Part shown: in pieces, positions 1 to 9,318 of the stretch
Layout: every line of letters begins with the position of its first letter
How positions within the stretch are numbered: the first letter of the stretch is position 1
Notes under the pieces: model-generated
Told to the model about the DNA's origin: nothing
Seen by the model: only the letters and a program-made list of their open reading frames with translations
Databases searched by the model: none
From: an uncultured Bacteroidota bacterium
GTDB taxonomy: Bacteria > Bacteroidota > Ignavibacteria > UBA10030 > UBA6906
Length of the DNA stretch: 64,000 bases
Direction: 5' to 3'
NCBI GenBank assembly: GCA_963700635.1
Contig: CAVOYH010000003.1
Coordinates: 1,792,001 to 1,856,000, forward strand
Translations under genes and position numbers: made by a program

Positions 1-624
1 TGTGTCCAGTTCGGACTGCCACTCGGGAGCCCGGGGATCGTTCACCTGCGGCCCTTCCATGTGCCCGACGCGCGCATGGATGTATCCGGCGTGAGCGACA
101 GCGAGTGCGAGTGTCTCCTGCTGGTCCTGAAGGAGGGACTCGTGAACACAGCACCAGTGAGAAAAATCGGCATTGAGCTGAAGCGATGGAAGTGCCTCGA
201 GCAGGGCGCGCGTGGAAAGCGTGCTGAACGTGGCCCGTCCCCGGTGCGTTTCGTGACAGATCGGAACGCCGCTCTCTTCGCTCAGGACGAGACTCGTGCG
301 GAAGATCTTCAGGTTGTCGTCAAGGGAAAAGATGTCTCGTCCGGTGTGACAGTTGATGAGAATCGGTTTGTATTGGATCGCAGCAGCGAACCGTTCTTCG
401 AGGGAGGCACAGTGCTCGTCGGCGGTACGCCCCTCGGTGGTTATCATGGCAACGAATTTCAATTCGAGCGCCTCATGACGCTCGATGCATTCCTGCGGTG
501 ATGCATGGAGCGAAGGGAGATGGATCTCGGATCCATCAAAGCCCCACCCATACACCTTTTCCAGGAATTGCTCCAATGGGAGTGCATCGAGGTCCCATTT
601 CGATCGAATCACGAGAAGCTCCAT
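1..624 (-). CDS. Sugar phosphate isomerase/epimerase, xylose isomerase-like TIM barrel (3' end runs off the window)
   Basis: Not in the ORF track. Manual translation from ATG 624 gives MELLVIRSKWDLD...GFDGSEI...HTGRD...CHETHRGR...NADFSHWCCVHESLL...YIHARVG...GPQVNDPRAPEW, open to position 1. The E/D/H pattern fits AP-endonuclease-2-like barrels. Confidence 0.8.
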   Translation of the reverse strand, partial: MELLVIRSKWDLDALPLEQFLEKVYGWGFDGSEIHLPSLHASPQECIERHEALELKFVAMITTEGRTADEHCASLEERFAAAIQYKPILINCHTGRDIFSLDDNLKIFRTSLVLSEESGVPICHETHRGRATFSTLSTRALLEALPSLQLNADFSHWCCVHESLLQDQQETLALAVAHAGYIHARVGHMEGPQVNDPRAPEWQSELDT

Positions 625-679
625 CAGGTCATCCGTGCTGGTGGGAGAGTATGGATGGGGGCCGGACCGACTGCGCCCC

Positions 680-3316
680 TCATGTATAGTTGAGTACAAG
701 CGTTGTTTCGCGGCCGGCGGGTAGGCGGAAAAGGAGACGGGCAGGGTGCCCGGGAAGTGACGTTGGTGGAAGGTTGACGTTCTCCCGCGCATCAACATCA
801 AGGTCTGCTTCGCAGCCGGCCGGGATACGGACGGTCAGTTGCCTGTTCCCCTTCTCGCCTTCCGTCTGGAAAAACAGTTCTCCCCGGGGAGTTGGTACCG
901 CGAGCGTCACTGTCGTAAGATCGGCAGGCTGGGGTCTGATGCGACAACGTGCGAAGCCCGGAGCCGTGGGGGTGATCCCCGCAACTCCCATGAACAGGAG
1001 ATAGAGCGGTACAACCGCGCAATGGCTCCAGAGGTCGCTGCTGTCCGGTTTTGCGTCCCAGACCTCTGCGATCGTGTTGTTCAGAATGACGGAATCCATC
1101 CGGGCCCACCGGTTCCTGAATTCGTTGAGGATCACGTCAGTCCGGCCTCCCCGCGCCAGTGCCCAGTAGCGCCAGCATGCATTGGCGGGGTAGGAGAGTC
1201 CCATCTGGGGGGGAGGGTCGGCGAGCGACTCCAGCGATGGTCCGGTTCGACCTTCCGGGCAGAAATCAAAAAGGAGAGCGGTTGCGGTTGAGCGGTCGCA
1301 GAGGCGAGGCTGTTTCTGTTCTCCGAGCCAGGGGAGGTTGATGATGAACCTGCCTTCGTCATCACTCCAGAATGCGCGCACGGCGGCGTGATGGATGTCA
1401 TCGCTCATCTGTTCTGCAAACTCCGCCCATCGGCTTTCGCCGTACGCGCGTGCGAGCGGGGCGAATGCATGGCGGAGCATTGCCGCAGCGTAGAGATTGA
1501 ACGCACACTGCTTGTGTTCCTGATGTCCGCGGGCATAGGCATAGTGATCCATCCAGACGTTCGGCAGTCCGAGTCCTGTGACCGGAAGGAGCCCGTCGCC
1601 GGCGCGGATCCGATGGAGGTAGTCGACGAATCGCTGATACCGGGTCCACGGCTCCCGCACGGCGACCAGATCGCCCGTGTAGAGATAGTGGTGATAACAA
1701 TCGAAACCGAATCCGATGCTGTGGTCGAGCAGGGGTCCCCAGATCGTCATGTCGATCTGCCGCTCCATGGTGCGGGCGAGACGATCGTAGGCCGGCCAGC
1801 AATCGAAGAAGTAGCCATCGAGCATGAGGCCCTGGCTGAACGTGGAGAGGAATCGGGCCGGGAGCCGCCGTTCGCCGAAGGCCAGATACACTGCGTGGAG
1901 CTGGTGCGAACCGTCCCCGCTGTACTGCTGACGCTCGCGTCCCATACCGTCGACCGCAGTTTCCTGGGCGGAATTCAATAGAGTGTTGACAGAGGCGTCC
2001 ATGAGTCGCTGTAAGGCTGGTTCGTTCACCCGGACAACGGGCGTGACGGGCCAGGGGAAGACTCTGCGAAGGACGCCCACGTTGCGGATGCTGACGGGGC
2101 CGCGTGTCCCGCGGCAATGGATCTGGAGCCAGCGACAGCTCTCAAAATCGAACGTCTGGAAGGTTTCTCCCCCTCCCGCGCAGATGAATCGGGCCCACGA
2201 ATGGAAATGCGTATTCAGAAGAGGCGGCCCCCCTATCGTATGCCCTTCCTGCACCATGACTTCTATAATGGTGCCCGGCGGGGCTTCGATGGAGAAGAAG
2301 GGGAAACCGACGATCTGCTCGTCAAGTTCAAAGGTCAGTGCCACGGAGGAAATGCCATCGAGATCGAAATCCCAGCGGTTGGGTTCAGGCGCCCGGACAT
2401 CCGTTGCCGAGGTCTGGAACGCATCGGGAGCCAGCACATCAAAGTACTCGTCCGCCGGACGGAGCCAGGTAATGGCATGCGCTTCGGAAAGTTGCCGCAC
2501 GAGGACCGGGTGTTCGTCCAGCATTGGAATGCTGCGTGGGACAAGTGCAGATATTGTCCGGTCTGCGCGCGTATCGAGGAGATCGTCCGGGTGCGTGGAA
2601 CAGGAAGGCGGCAGGTTTGCGGGACACTGCAGGGTGAGCGGAGGCAGCCAGTCACTGTCAGGTGAGAACGCCGGCAGTTCCCATCCCCGGGGATGGCGTC
2701 GCGCGTCGAAGATCTCTTGAAAAGAGCGAACGTACCAGCGTTTGTACTGGCCGGGTTTCCAGGCCCGCGAAAGGTGGCACAGCCATTGCCGGTCGCTGGC
2801 GATGCTCTGTTTCGAACCATCTGTGCACTGCACATCGAGCGAAAAGATGAATCCCGGTTTTCCGATCGGGTGTGTGCCGTCGCCATGGCCATAGTACAGC
2901 ACGGTAACGCCGATCGTATGAGTTCCGGGAGCAAGAAAGGCCGTTACACTGATGGGATCGATTTCCATGCGGCGGGGGTCGGACGGCGCCGGTCCCCATT
3001 GCACTCGCTGTCCGTCAATGGTGAGGAGGTAGCGGCTGTCGGCGGCGATCCACCCGGTGGCATGTGTTACGGGTGAGGTGATGACGATATTCCGGCGGAA
3101 CAGGACGACCGTATTCGGTAGTGTCCGCCAGGACGGATACCAGAGCCATTCGGCGGGCGAGAGATCCAGGGTCATGGTCGCGTCTGCGTGCGGAATCGGT
3201 GCTGGTCTGGGAGGGTGCACGGATGAAACCTGTGACGGGTGAATGGTCCCCGGGAGGAGACTGAGCAGTGCGCCTCCGCTGGCGGCATGTTTCAGGAATG
3301 AACGTCGGTTGGACAT
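680..3316 (-). CDS. Alpha-L-rhamnosidase-like glycoside hydrolase (GH78-like) with Tat signal
   Basis: Start moved to MSNRRSFLK (twin-arginine motif, ATG 3316), just downstream of a promoter. N-terminal motifs ADSRYLL and EIFDAR; catalytic-region motifs DGMGRERQQYSGD, TIAEVW and LWSHCA; C-terminal RIRPQP...VPTPRGE. Confidence 0.85.
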   Translation of the reverse strand: MSNRRSFLKHAASGGALLSLLPGTIHPSQVSSVHPPRPAPIPHADATMTLDLSPAEWLWYPSWRTLPNTVVLFRRNIVITSPVTHATGWIAADSRYLLTIDGQRVQWGPAPSDPRRMEIDPISVTAFLAPGTHTIGVTVLYYGHGDGTHPIGKPGFIFSLDVQCTDGSKQSIASDRQWLCHLSRAWKPGQYKRWYVRSFQEIFDARRHPRGWELPAFSPDSDWLPPLTLQCPANLPPSCSTHPDDLLDTRADRTISALVPRSIPMLDEHPVLVRQLSEAHAITWLRPADEYFDVLAPDAFQTSATDVRAPEPNRWDFDLDGISSVALTFELDEQIVGFPFFSIEAPPGTIIEVMVQEGHTIGGPPLLNTHFHSWARFICAGGGETFQTFDFESCRWLQIHCRGTRGPVSIRNVGVLRRVFPWPVTPVVRVNEPALQRLMDASVNTLLNSAQETAVDGMGRERQQYSGDGSHQLHAVYLAFGERRLPARFLSTFSQGLMLDGYFFDCWPAYDRLARTMERQIDMTIWGPLLDHSIGFGFDCYHHYLYTGDLVAVREPWTRYQRFVDYLHRIRAGDGLLPVTGLGLPNVWMDHYAYARGHQEHKQCAFNLYAAAMLRHAFAPLARAYGESRWAEFAEQMSDDIHHAAVRAFWSDDEGRFIINLPWLGEQKQPRLCDRSTATALLFDFCPEGRTGPSLESLADPPPQMGLSYPANACWRYWALARGGRTDVILNEFRNRWARMDSVILNNTIAEVWDAKPDSSDLWSHCAVVPLYLLFMGVAGITPTAPGFARCRIRPQPADLTTVTLAVPTPRGELFFQTEGEKGNRQLTVRIPAGCEADLDVDARENVNLPPTSLPGHPARLLFRLPAGRETTLVLNYT

Positions 3317-3337
3317 AGATGGACGGGGATAGGACGC

Positions 3338-3366
3338 AGTATGGGAGAAATCGGGGAGAATGTCAA
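3338..3366 (-). promoter_or_regulatory. Sigma70-type promoter for the leftward arm
   Basis: Minus-strand TTGACA (3366-3361), 17-nt spacer, CATACT (3343-3338), 22 nt upstream of ATG 3316. Confidence 0.7.
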
Positions 3367-3398
3367 GACTGCGCAAATCTTCTTTTGGTGAAAAGGAC

Positions 3399-3427
3399 TT
3401 GACAATGCAGGAACATTCCCTTATACT
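3399..3427 (+). promoter_or_regulatory. Sigma70-type promoter for the TonB receptor operon
   Basis: TTGACA (3399-3404), 17-nt spacer, TATACT (3422-3427); near consensus. Confidence 0.8.
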
Positions 3428-3432
3428 TCAAC

Positions 3433-3460
3433 TGTAAAACACTGTTCTGTTAGTGAAACA
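3433..3460. promoter_or_regulatory. Candidate IclR-family operator, copy 1
   Basis: TGTAAAACACTGTTCTGTTAGTGAAACA just after the -10 box. It aligns without gaps to 25933-25960 (TAAAAC-NN-TGTT-N9-AAACA). Confidence 0.55.
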
Positions 3461-3704
3461 AAATGCCGGGTGGGATACCACCTTCCTCGCGATGAGGGCC
3501 TTCTGGCGGTTGTGTACGGTGTTTTCCAACTTCTCCGCACATCTTGTTCATACGCAATTCTCCAACAGGCTTGATCGCATCCGTGCTCCGATACACTTCA
3601 TGTGAACCGGTTGAACACAGGGTACAATTCACCAACGGATTGGTGCACGCAGTACTGTCCTCGCACGCATTCCAACACAAACAACACTCATAAGGAGGAA
3701 CGAC

Positions 3705-6700
3705 ATGAGGCAACCATGGTACAAGTTCCCGTTGTGTCTCCTGCTGGCCCTGTTCGTGGCCATACCCGCATTTGCAGGGAACGGGAAGATCAGCGGTGTC
3801 GTCAAAGGTGCCGATGGCCAGGCGGTCGTCGGTGCCAACGTGACTGTCGAAGGGACGACACTTGGTGCTTCGGTTAATGTGGAGGGGAACTACTTTATTC
3901 TGAACGTCCCTCCAGGGACCTACCGGTTGCGGACGTCCGCGGTCGGCTTCACGCCCAAAGTGGTCGCGGGTGTGCAAGTCGGTCAGGACCAGATCGTAAC
4001 CATCGACGTCACGATGCAAAGTGAAGCCGTCGGCCTTGAGGAAGTTGTGGTTCAGGCCGACCGGCCGGTCGTCGACAAAAGTCAGACATCGTCGAAATCC
4101 ACCCTGCGCAATGATGAAATTGAAAGCCTCCCCGTCCGTTCGGCGGTGGGACTTGTGGCCACTTCGGCCAGCGCTTTCAACGGCTTCATCCGCGGCGGGC
4201 GTGTGACCGAGACCAAGACGATTGTGGACGGTGTGGACATCACCGACTCGTACTACGCGTATGAGGGGGACAACTATCACACGCCGTTCAAGAGATACAA
4301 CAGCGTTCCGCGCTATCAGGGTGCCGAGCTGAGCAATATCGGCGGACTGAACTTCTCCTCGGTAGAGCAGATGAACATCAACACGGGCGCCGTTGGTGCA
4401 GAGTACTCCTCGGCGACGGCAGGCGTCATCAACTACTCGCTGGCCGAAGGCCGCGGAGCCCTCAAGGGCAACCTGCTGGCCCGCGTGAGCCAGTTTGGCG
4501 GTCTGTCCTACGGAGGTCCGGACGTGTACTGGGACGGCTACGTTTATGACGCAGAAAAATATACGCTGAACCGGAGAGTCGACTCCCTTCGCAGCCTTCG
4601 CTCGGGTGGAGCTGCGGGCTCGGCCTATCAGACCCTCGTGTCCGACAGCGCTCGTCTGGATCGCTACACTTGGACCAAGGACAAATACATCAAGGAGAGC
4701 CCACAGCTGGAATTTGAGGGTTCGTTGAGTGGCAACCTCGCGGAAAACTGGGGCTTCTTCTTCACGGGCAAGTACTTCAACTCTTATGGCCGGCTCCCGA
4801 ACGAGTTCAACCGGCAGATCAACCTCACGTTGAAGACCAACTACAGCATCAGCGGCGACATGAAGCTGTCGGCCTTTGGTATCCTCACAGATCGCGGCGA
4901 GATCTTTGGCTGGAAGAACCGCGGCTACCAGGAGGGCTCACGCTTCTTCCTGGACGGCACGCCGAAGAACAATGGTGCCGATATTATCGGAAGCCTGAAG
5001 TGGACGCATGTGCTTGACCCTTCATCGTACTATGAGATTCAGGCAAGCATCGTTAACAGCAACACCGGGACCGGCTATTCCGATGACAACGGCGACGGGA
5101 TCTGTACCATCGCCGAAGACGGCGACTTCCTCACGATGGCGACCCTTGCGGAAGCCAACAAGTACATCTCCAACACCGATCTGACAAAGTTCTTCCGGAA
5201 TCAGGACGAGCAGGCCAGCTCCACCAGCTATCAGTTCCAGGCTGGCGGCACGACAGCCCGTCTGAGCCGCCCGGCGTTCTTCTATGAGAAGTTCAAAAAC
5301 CGGGTGATGTCGTTCAAAGGTGACTACACCAACCAGGTCACGGACAATCACCGTCTCCAGGCTGGTGCCCAGGTTCGCATGACCGAACTGGACATGACCC
5401 GCCGGGCGTCGTTCCTTGGCGCGCTGGATGCCAAGAAGCAGTTCTACAATGAAGTCTGGAACGTCAAACCGATGGAGATGGGCTTCTACCTGCAGGACCG
5501 GATGGAATATGCGGGCCTGATCATCAACGTCGGTGCCCGCCTCGACATGTGGGACCCGGATGCGAACGACTTCACGAACTACTTCGCCCCGTATCTGGAT
5601 CAGACCGTAAACTATGACACGCTCCCCGGCGTGGCGACAACGATCAAGGAACGTGTGACGCAACGTGAGCGGAAAGTGGACCCCTACTGGTTCTTCTCTC
5701 CACGCGTCGGTGTGTCGCACCCGATTTCCGACGTTGCCGCGATGTACTTCTCGTACTCGCGCAACTTCACGCCGCCGCCGTACTCCCGTATGTTCTCCAG
5801 CTACGACAATTTTGGCAACCTCTCGCTGCCGAACGATCCCAGCGTGCGCCAGGAGCCCTACCGCTCCAACAACTATGAAATCGGCGTGCAGTGGGAATTT
5901 CTGCCGAAGTTCGGGCTGAATTTCACCGCGTATCTGCGTGACATTGAGAACTACGGCTACAGCGGTTTTACCGTCATACCGCGCTCTGGTCCCACCGGAA
6001 CTACCTATGGTCTGGGGTTCTCGTCCGGATATGCTGATTCCCGTGGAGTGGAAATCACTCTGACGGCCCAGCGCCATCAGCTGGCCGATTTTGTGACCTT
6101 GACAGGTCAGGCTGCGTATTCGTACACCTACATCAAGGCGTCCGGGTTTGTGGGCAATGACAAGCTACATCAGACCACCTTCAGCACGTCGAACGGCGAC
6201 AGTGCCCGCCTCGCAGGGGACCTTCCGTTCGATGATACGAAGTTCTACAACAAGGTCCAGAACAACATCGTTGGCGGCTCCAGCACGCTCACGGGCGGAT
6301 TCGACCGCACGCACCGGATCACCTATCAGTTCGTGCTTGCGTTCCCCGAAGACATCACGCTGGCGTCGGTCGGCACGTTCCAGAGCGGCTTCTTCTACGC
6401 TCTCCAGAGCGTCGATCCACGCAGCAAAGGGCGCGAGCTCGCAGAAGGTCCCTGGAACAAGAACGTGAGCCTGCGTCTGGAGAAGGGATTCTCATTCAGC
6501 GGCATTCATGTTGCAGTGTTTGCGGATGTTGAGAACCTCTTCAACTGGCAGAACATCATCGGTTACGACAACACCACGACTGGTGCGACTCTCTGGGAGG
6601 ATACCAACGCTGGAAAGGCGAAGGATCCTGTGACTAATGAAGTGCTCGGACCCGATCCGACCGGCTCCAAGAGGCGTCCGGTGGGTGAAGACGGTACATA

Positions 6701-6752
6701 CTTCTACGGGTTCCCGCGGGAGTTCTACTTCGGCGTCCGGGTGAACTTCTAA
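3705..6752 (+). CDS. TonB-dependent outer-membrane receptor with N-terminal carboxypeptidase-regulatory-like domain
   Basis: 1015 aa; RBS AGGAGG; Sec signal; GKISGVV...GNYFILNVPPGTY domain; EEVVV TonB-box-like segment; plug motifs IRGGR...IVDGVDI and GAEYSSATAGVIN; barrel motifs SPRVGVSHPI and NYEIG; C-terminal Phe (GVRVNF). Confidence 0.92.
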   Translation: MRQPWYKFPLCLLLALFVAIPAFAGNGKISGVVKGADGQAVVGANVTVEGTTLGASVNVEGNYFILNVPPGTYRLRTSAVGFTPKVVAGVQVGQDQIVTIDVTMQSEAVGLEEVVVQADRPVVDKSQTSSKSTLRNDEIESLPVRSAVGLVATSASAFNGFIRGGRVTETKTIVDGVDITDSYYAYEGDNYHTPFKRYNSVPRYQGAELSNIGGLNFSSVEQMNINTGAVGAEYSSATAGVINYSLAEGRGALKGNLLARVSQFGGLSYGGPDVYWDGYVYDAEKYTLNRRVDSLRSLRSGGAAGSAYQTLVSDSARLDRYTWTKDKYIKESPQLEFEGSLSGNLAENWGFFFTGKYFNSYGRLPNEFNRQINLTLKTNYSISGDMKLSAFGILTDRGEIFGWKNRGYQEGSRFFLDGTPKNNGADIIGSLKWTHVLDPSSYYEIQASIVNSNTGTGYSDDNGDGICTIAEDGDFLTMATLAEANKYISNTDLTKFFRNQDEQASSTSYQFQAGGTTARLSRPAFFYEKFKNRVMSFKGDYTNQVTDNHRLQAGAQVRMTELDMTRRASFLGALDAKKQFYNEVWNVKPMEMGFYLQDRMEYAGLIINVGARLDMWDPDANDFTNYFAPYLDQTVNYDTLPGVATTIKERVTQRERKVDPYWFFSPRVGVSHPISDVAAMYFSYSRNFTPPPYSRMFSSYDNFGNLSLPNDPSVRQEPYRSNNYEIGVQWEFLPKFGLNFTAYLRDIENYGYSGFTVIPRSGPTGTTYGLGFSSGYADSRGVEITLTAQRHQLADFVTLTGQAAYSYTYIKASGFVGNDKLHQTTFSTSNGDSARLAGDLPFDDTKFYNKVQNNIVGGSSTLTGGFDRTHRITYQFVLAFPEDITLASVGTFQSGFFYALQSVDPRSKGRELAEGPWNKNVSLRLEKGFSFSGIHVAVFADVENLFNWQNIIGYDNTTTGATLWEDTNAGKAKDPVTNEVLGPDPTGSKRRPVGEDGTYFYGFPREFYFGVRVNF

Positions 6753-6794
6753 GCCCGACCACGAATCGCGAATACTGATCAAAGGAGTATAAGC

Positions 6795-9291
6795 ATGAAA
6801 CGTCATAGTAATCGTGCACTTGGGCTGATCGTTGTGCTGCTTGCGGTCTGTCCGGTGCTTGTCCTTGCGCAGACTGCACCCGCCACCAGTGTGAACGGCT
6901 ACCCGGGTGCAGGCGCGTTGCAGGCCGGAGACCTCTGGGAATCCTTCCTGCCGCAGGCCTTCGGCCCATACTACGGTGAGGGCGGAACAGCGGCAACAGA
7001 GGGCCTTCGCCAATTCATCCGCATGGGGAACTTCGACCGTGGCTGGACCACACCCAACGGCCACTGGCCCAGGGCATTCCCCTGGACGATGTACTGGTCG
7101 CACTACATGGTGGCAATGGCCTACGACCCTGACACCACATTCAATCCGACCAAGAAAGGCGTTGCGGCGCCGGCCACAGGAAACTGGGGTCAGGTAACGT
7201 ACAAATCCACGCTCCCCGGAGCATCGGATCCGGCACGCTACTACAGCCGCGACCCGTATTTTGTGGACTCGCGCCGCCAGCATGTCGTCTATGAAGCAGG
7301 CTGGCCGACCAACATCGGCTGCGACGTGAAGATGCGCGCCCATGCCTGGGGGGGCCCGAACTGGGGCCACTTCAACGATTTCGTGATCGTTGAAATTGAG
7401 TTCAAGAATACCGGCAACCTTGATATGAACCTGGACGGCACCATCGACAAGTCCGGCAACAACATCAAGGCGCTTGCCATGAACATGGCCGGCGAAATCT
7501 TTATGTCCATCAGCAGCTACAATGGAGGTGGCCGGAATGTCAATTCCATCTCCACAGGGTTCACCCGCATGGGTGGCATGATCATGGACCCCGATCCTGA
7601 TGGGAACCCCTGGGCATTCAGCGCCTACTTTCCAGGCACGAAGAATCAGACCCCAGCGGCCGGCGAATTCAACATGGGGTTTAATGCCCCGACACTCGGC
7701 CAGTACACGGACACCTGGAACGGCTGGGTATGGCTCGGCATCAAAGACGGCGGCCTGCCTGCAACACCGGACGTATCGACCAGCACCCTGCCCACGAAGA
7801 ACACCATCTTCGGGACAGACCCGGTCGGTGTCGGCACGCAGCGCGGCTGGTACGTCTCCGCGGGCTCGGGCGGCGGTCTTGGCCAGAGCTTCAGCAACCC
7901 GAAACAGATGTTCCGCATCAGCACGGGCGTCTTCCACAAGGACGGCGGACGTTCACGCAGCATCGCCGGTCTTGATGATTCACCGAACCCCGATTTCTTC
8001 GCCTCCGGGACCCCCGGCGACGTGACGACGTGGGTGGCGAAAGCTACCCCCGCGCAGCCGAGCGGTGACCAGAAGGGGACCGGATTCACCGCGGGTCCGT
8101 GGGAAGATGGTAAGGCCGATGCGACCACCAACTATCCGACAGGATGGGGCAAGTGGTCACAGGGGTATGTGTTCAATCACGACTTCAACGGCGACAACAA
8201 CAGTGGTGTCGGGCCGGTCGCCATCAACAACGGCTCGTCCGTGACATTCGTGATCGCGCTCGTCGGCGGGTACCGTCTGGAAGGGATCCAGAAGGCAGTC
8301 CGCGCGGCGCGCTATACGTACGCCAACAACTTTGTCGTACCGGTGCTTCCTGCGGTCCCGGAAATGAAAGTCACGAATACTCTGACCAAGTCCGTCGCTG
8401 TCGAATGGAATAACGCTGCCGAAGCGGATGCCGAGTTCCAGGGCTACAAAATCTGGAAGGCAAGCCAGTTCAAGAAATTCAAGTGGCTTGAGAATGGTAT
8501 CCGTCTGGCTGACCGGTATCAGGAGCAAATGACGCCAGGCGGAGACATGACGTCCTACAAGAAACCGGTCAACCCGAAGTTCGATGCATTTGCAGAAGTG
8601 AACAGCGGTTCCCTGAAGGGTGAGTATCAGCCCGACACATGGGGAACGTGGGAACTTGTCGCTGTGATTCCGAAGGCACAACTCGCGCAGTACGCAGGTG
8701 CGACGCCGGGTTACAACTACACGTATGAGGACAAAGACGTTGTGCTCGGGTTCTCGTACTGGTACTATGTGTCCGCGTACAAGGAAGGCACATACACCGG
8801 TCCGGGCGGCGAAACCACAAACCGGATTGAGACGACCGGGCTCAACATGAACGGAGCCGACGGTCTCTGGCACAAAACATTCCCGTTTGCGTATGTGAAC
8901 TGCCAACTTCCCGAAAGACGTGGCGGGCAAGAAAGCGATCGGCAATGTGCAGGTGGTGTATTCAGCCCTTGCACCGGCGGGCGACGTCGCAAATGTCGGT
9001 GTGCGGCCGAATCCGTATAAGCGCGCAGCGCTGCACGACAATTATTCCAACGTGTATGACCACAAGCTTCTGTTCTACAATCTGCCGCCGGACTGCAAAG
9101 TCACAATCCTGGATGTCTCCGGCCAGATTATCGATCAGATCAACTTCAGCTCCAGCGACCCGAACCTGGGGAGCGTTTTCTGGGATATGTTCTCGAAGGA
9201 CGGCATCGAAGTGGCGAGCGGTCTGTATGTCTATGTCGTCGAATCGCCGACAGGTGGCAAAAAGACCGGCTACTTCTCCATTCTCCGATAA
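6795..9291 (+). CDS. Large secreted protein with T9SS-like (FlgD/Ig) C-terminal sorting domain, split by a +1 frameshift near 8901
   Basis: ORFs 6795..9020 and 8920..9291 join when one base is removed in GTGAAC-T-GCCAAC (...FAYVN/ANFPKDVAG...), giving about 831 aa. Sec signal; Fn3-like segment (FQGYKIWK...YWYYVSAY); C-terminus VRPNPY...FYNLP...ILDVSG...WD...VASGLYVYVV...TGYFSILR. Confidence 0.8.
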
Positions 9292-9318
9292 AGTCTCACT
9301 TAACACAGAGGACACGAA

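Noticed and set aside
61-693. Plus-strand ORFs 61..501, 485..724, 498..689 and 505..693
   Set aside because: They are antisense shadows of the minus-strand isomerase gene (1..624), which carries real family motifs.
3317-3376. Tracked N-terminal extension of the GH78 ORF
   Set aside because: It overlaps the promoter. The Tat signal begins at ATG 3316.
3601-3617. TGTGAACCGGTTGAACA as a LacI-type operator
   Set aside because: Only the 8-bp core AACCGGTT is palindromic, there is no LacI gene in the window, and I noticed no second copy.
6492-7937. Long antisense ORFs (this 481-aa one, also 5022..6077, 13859..15109, 18611..19912, 29677..30876 and others)
   Set aside because: They are expected opposite GC-rich coding genes, have no motifs, and are fully overlapped by well-supported genes.
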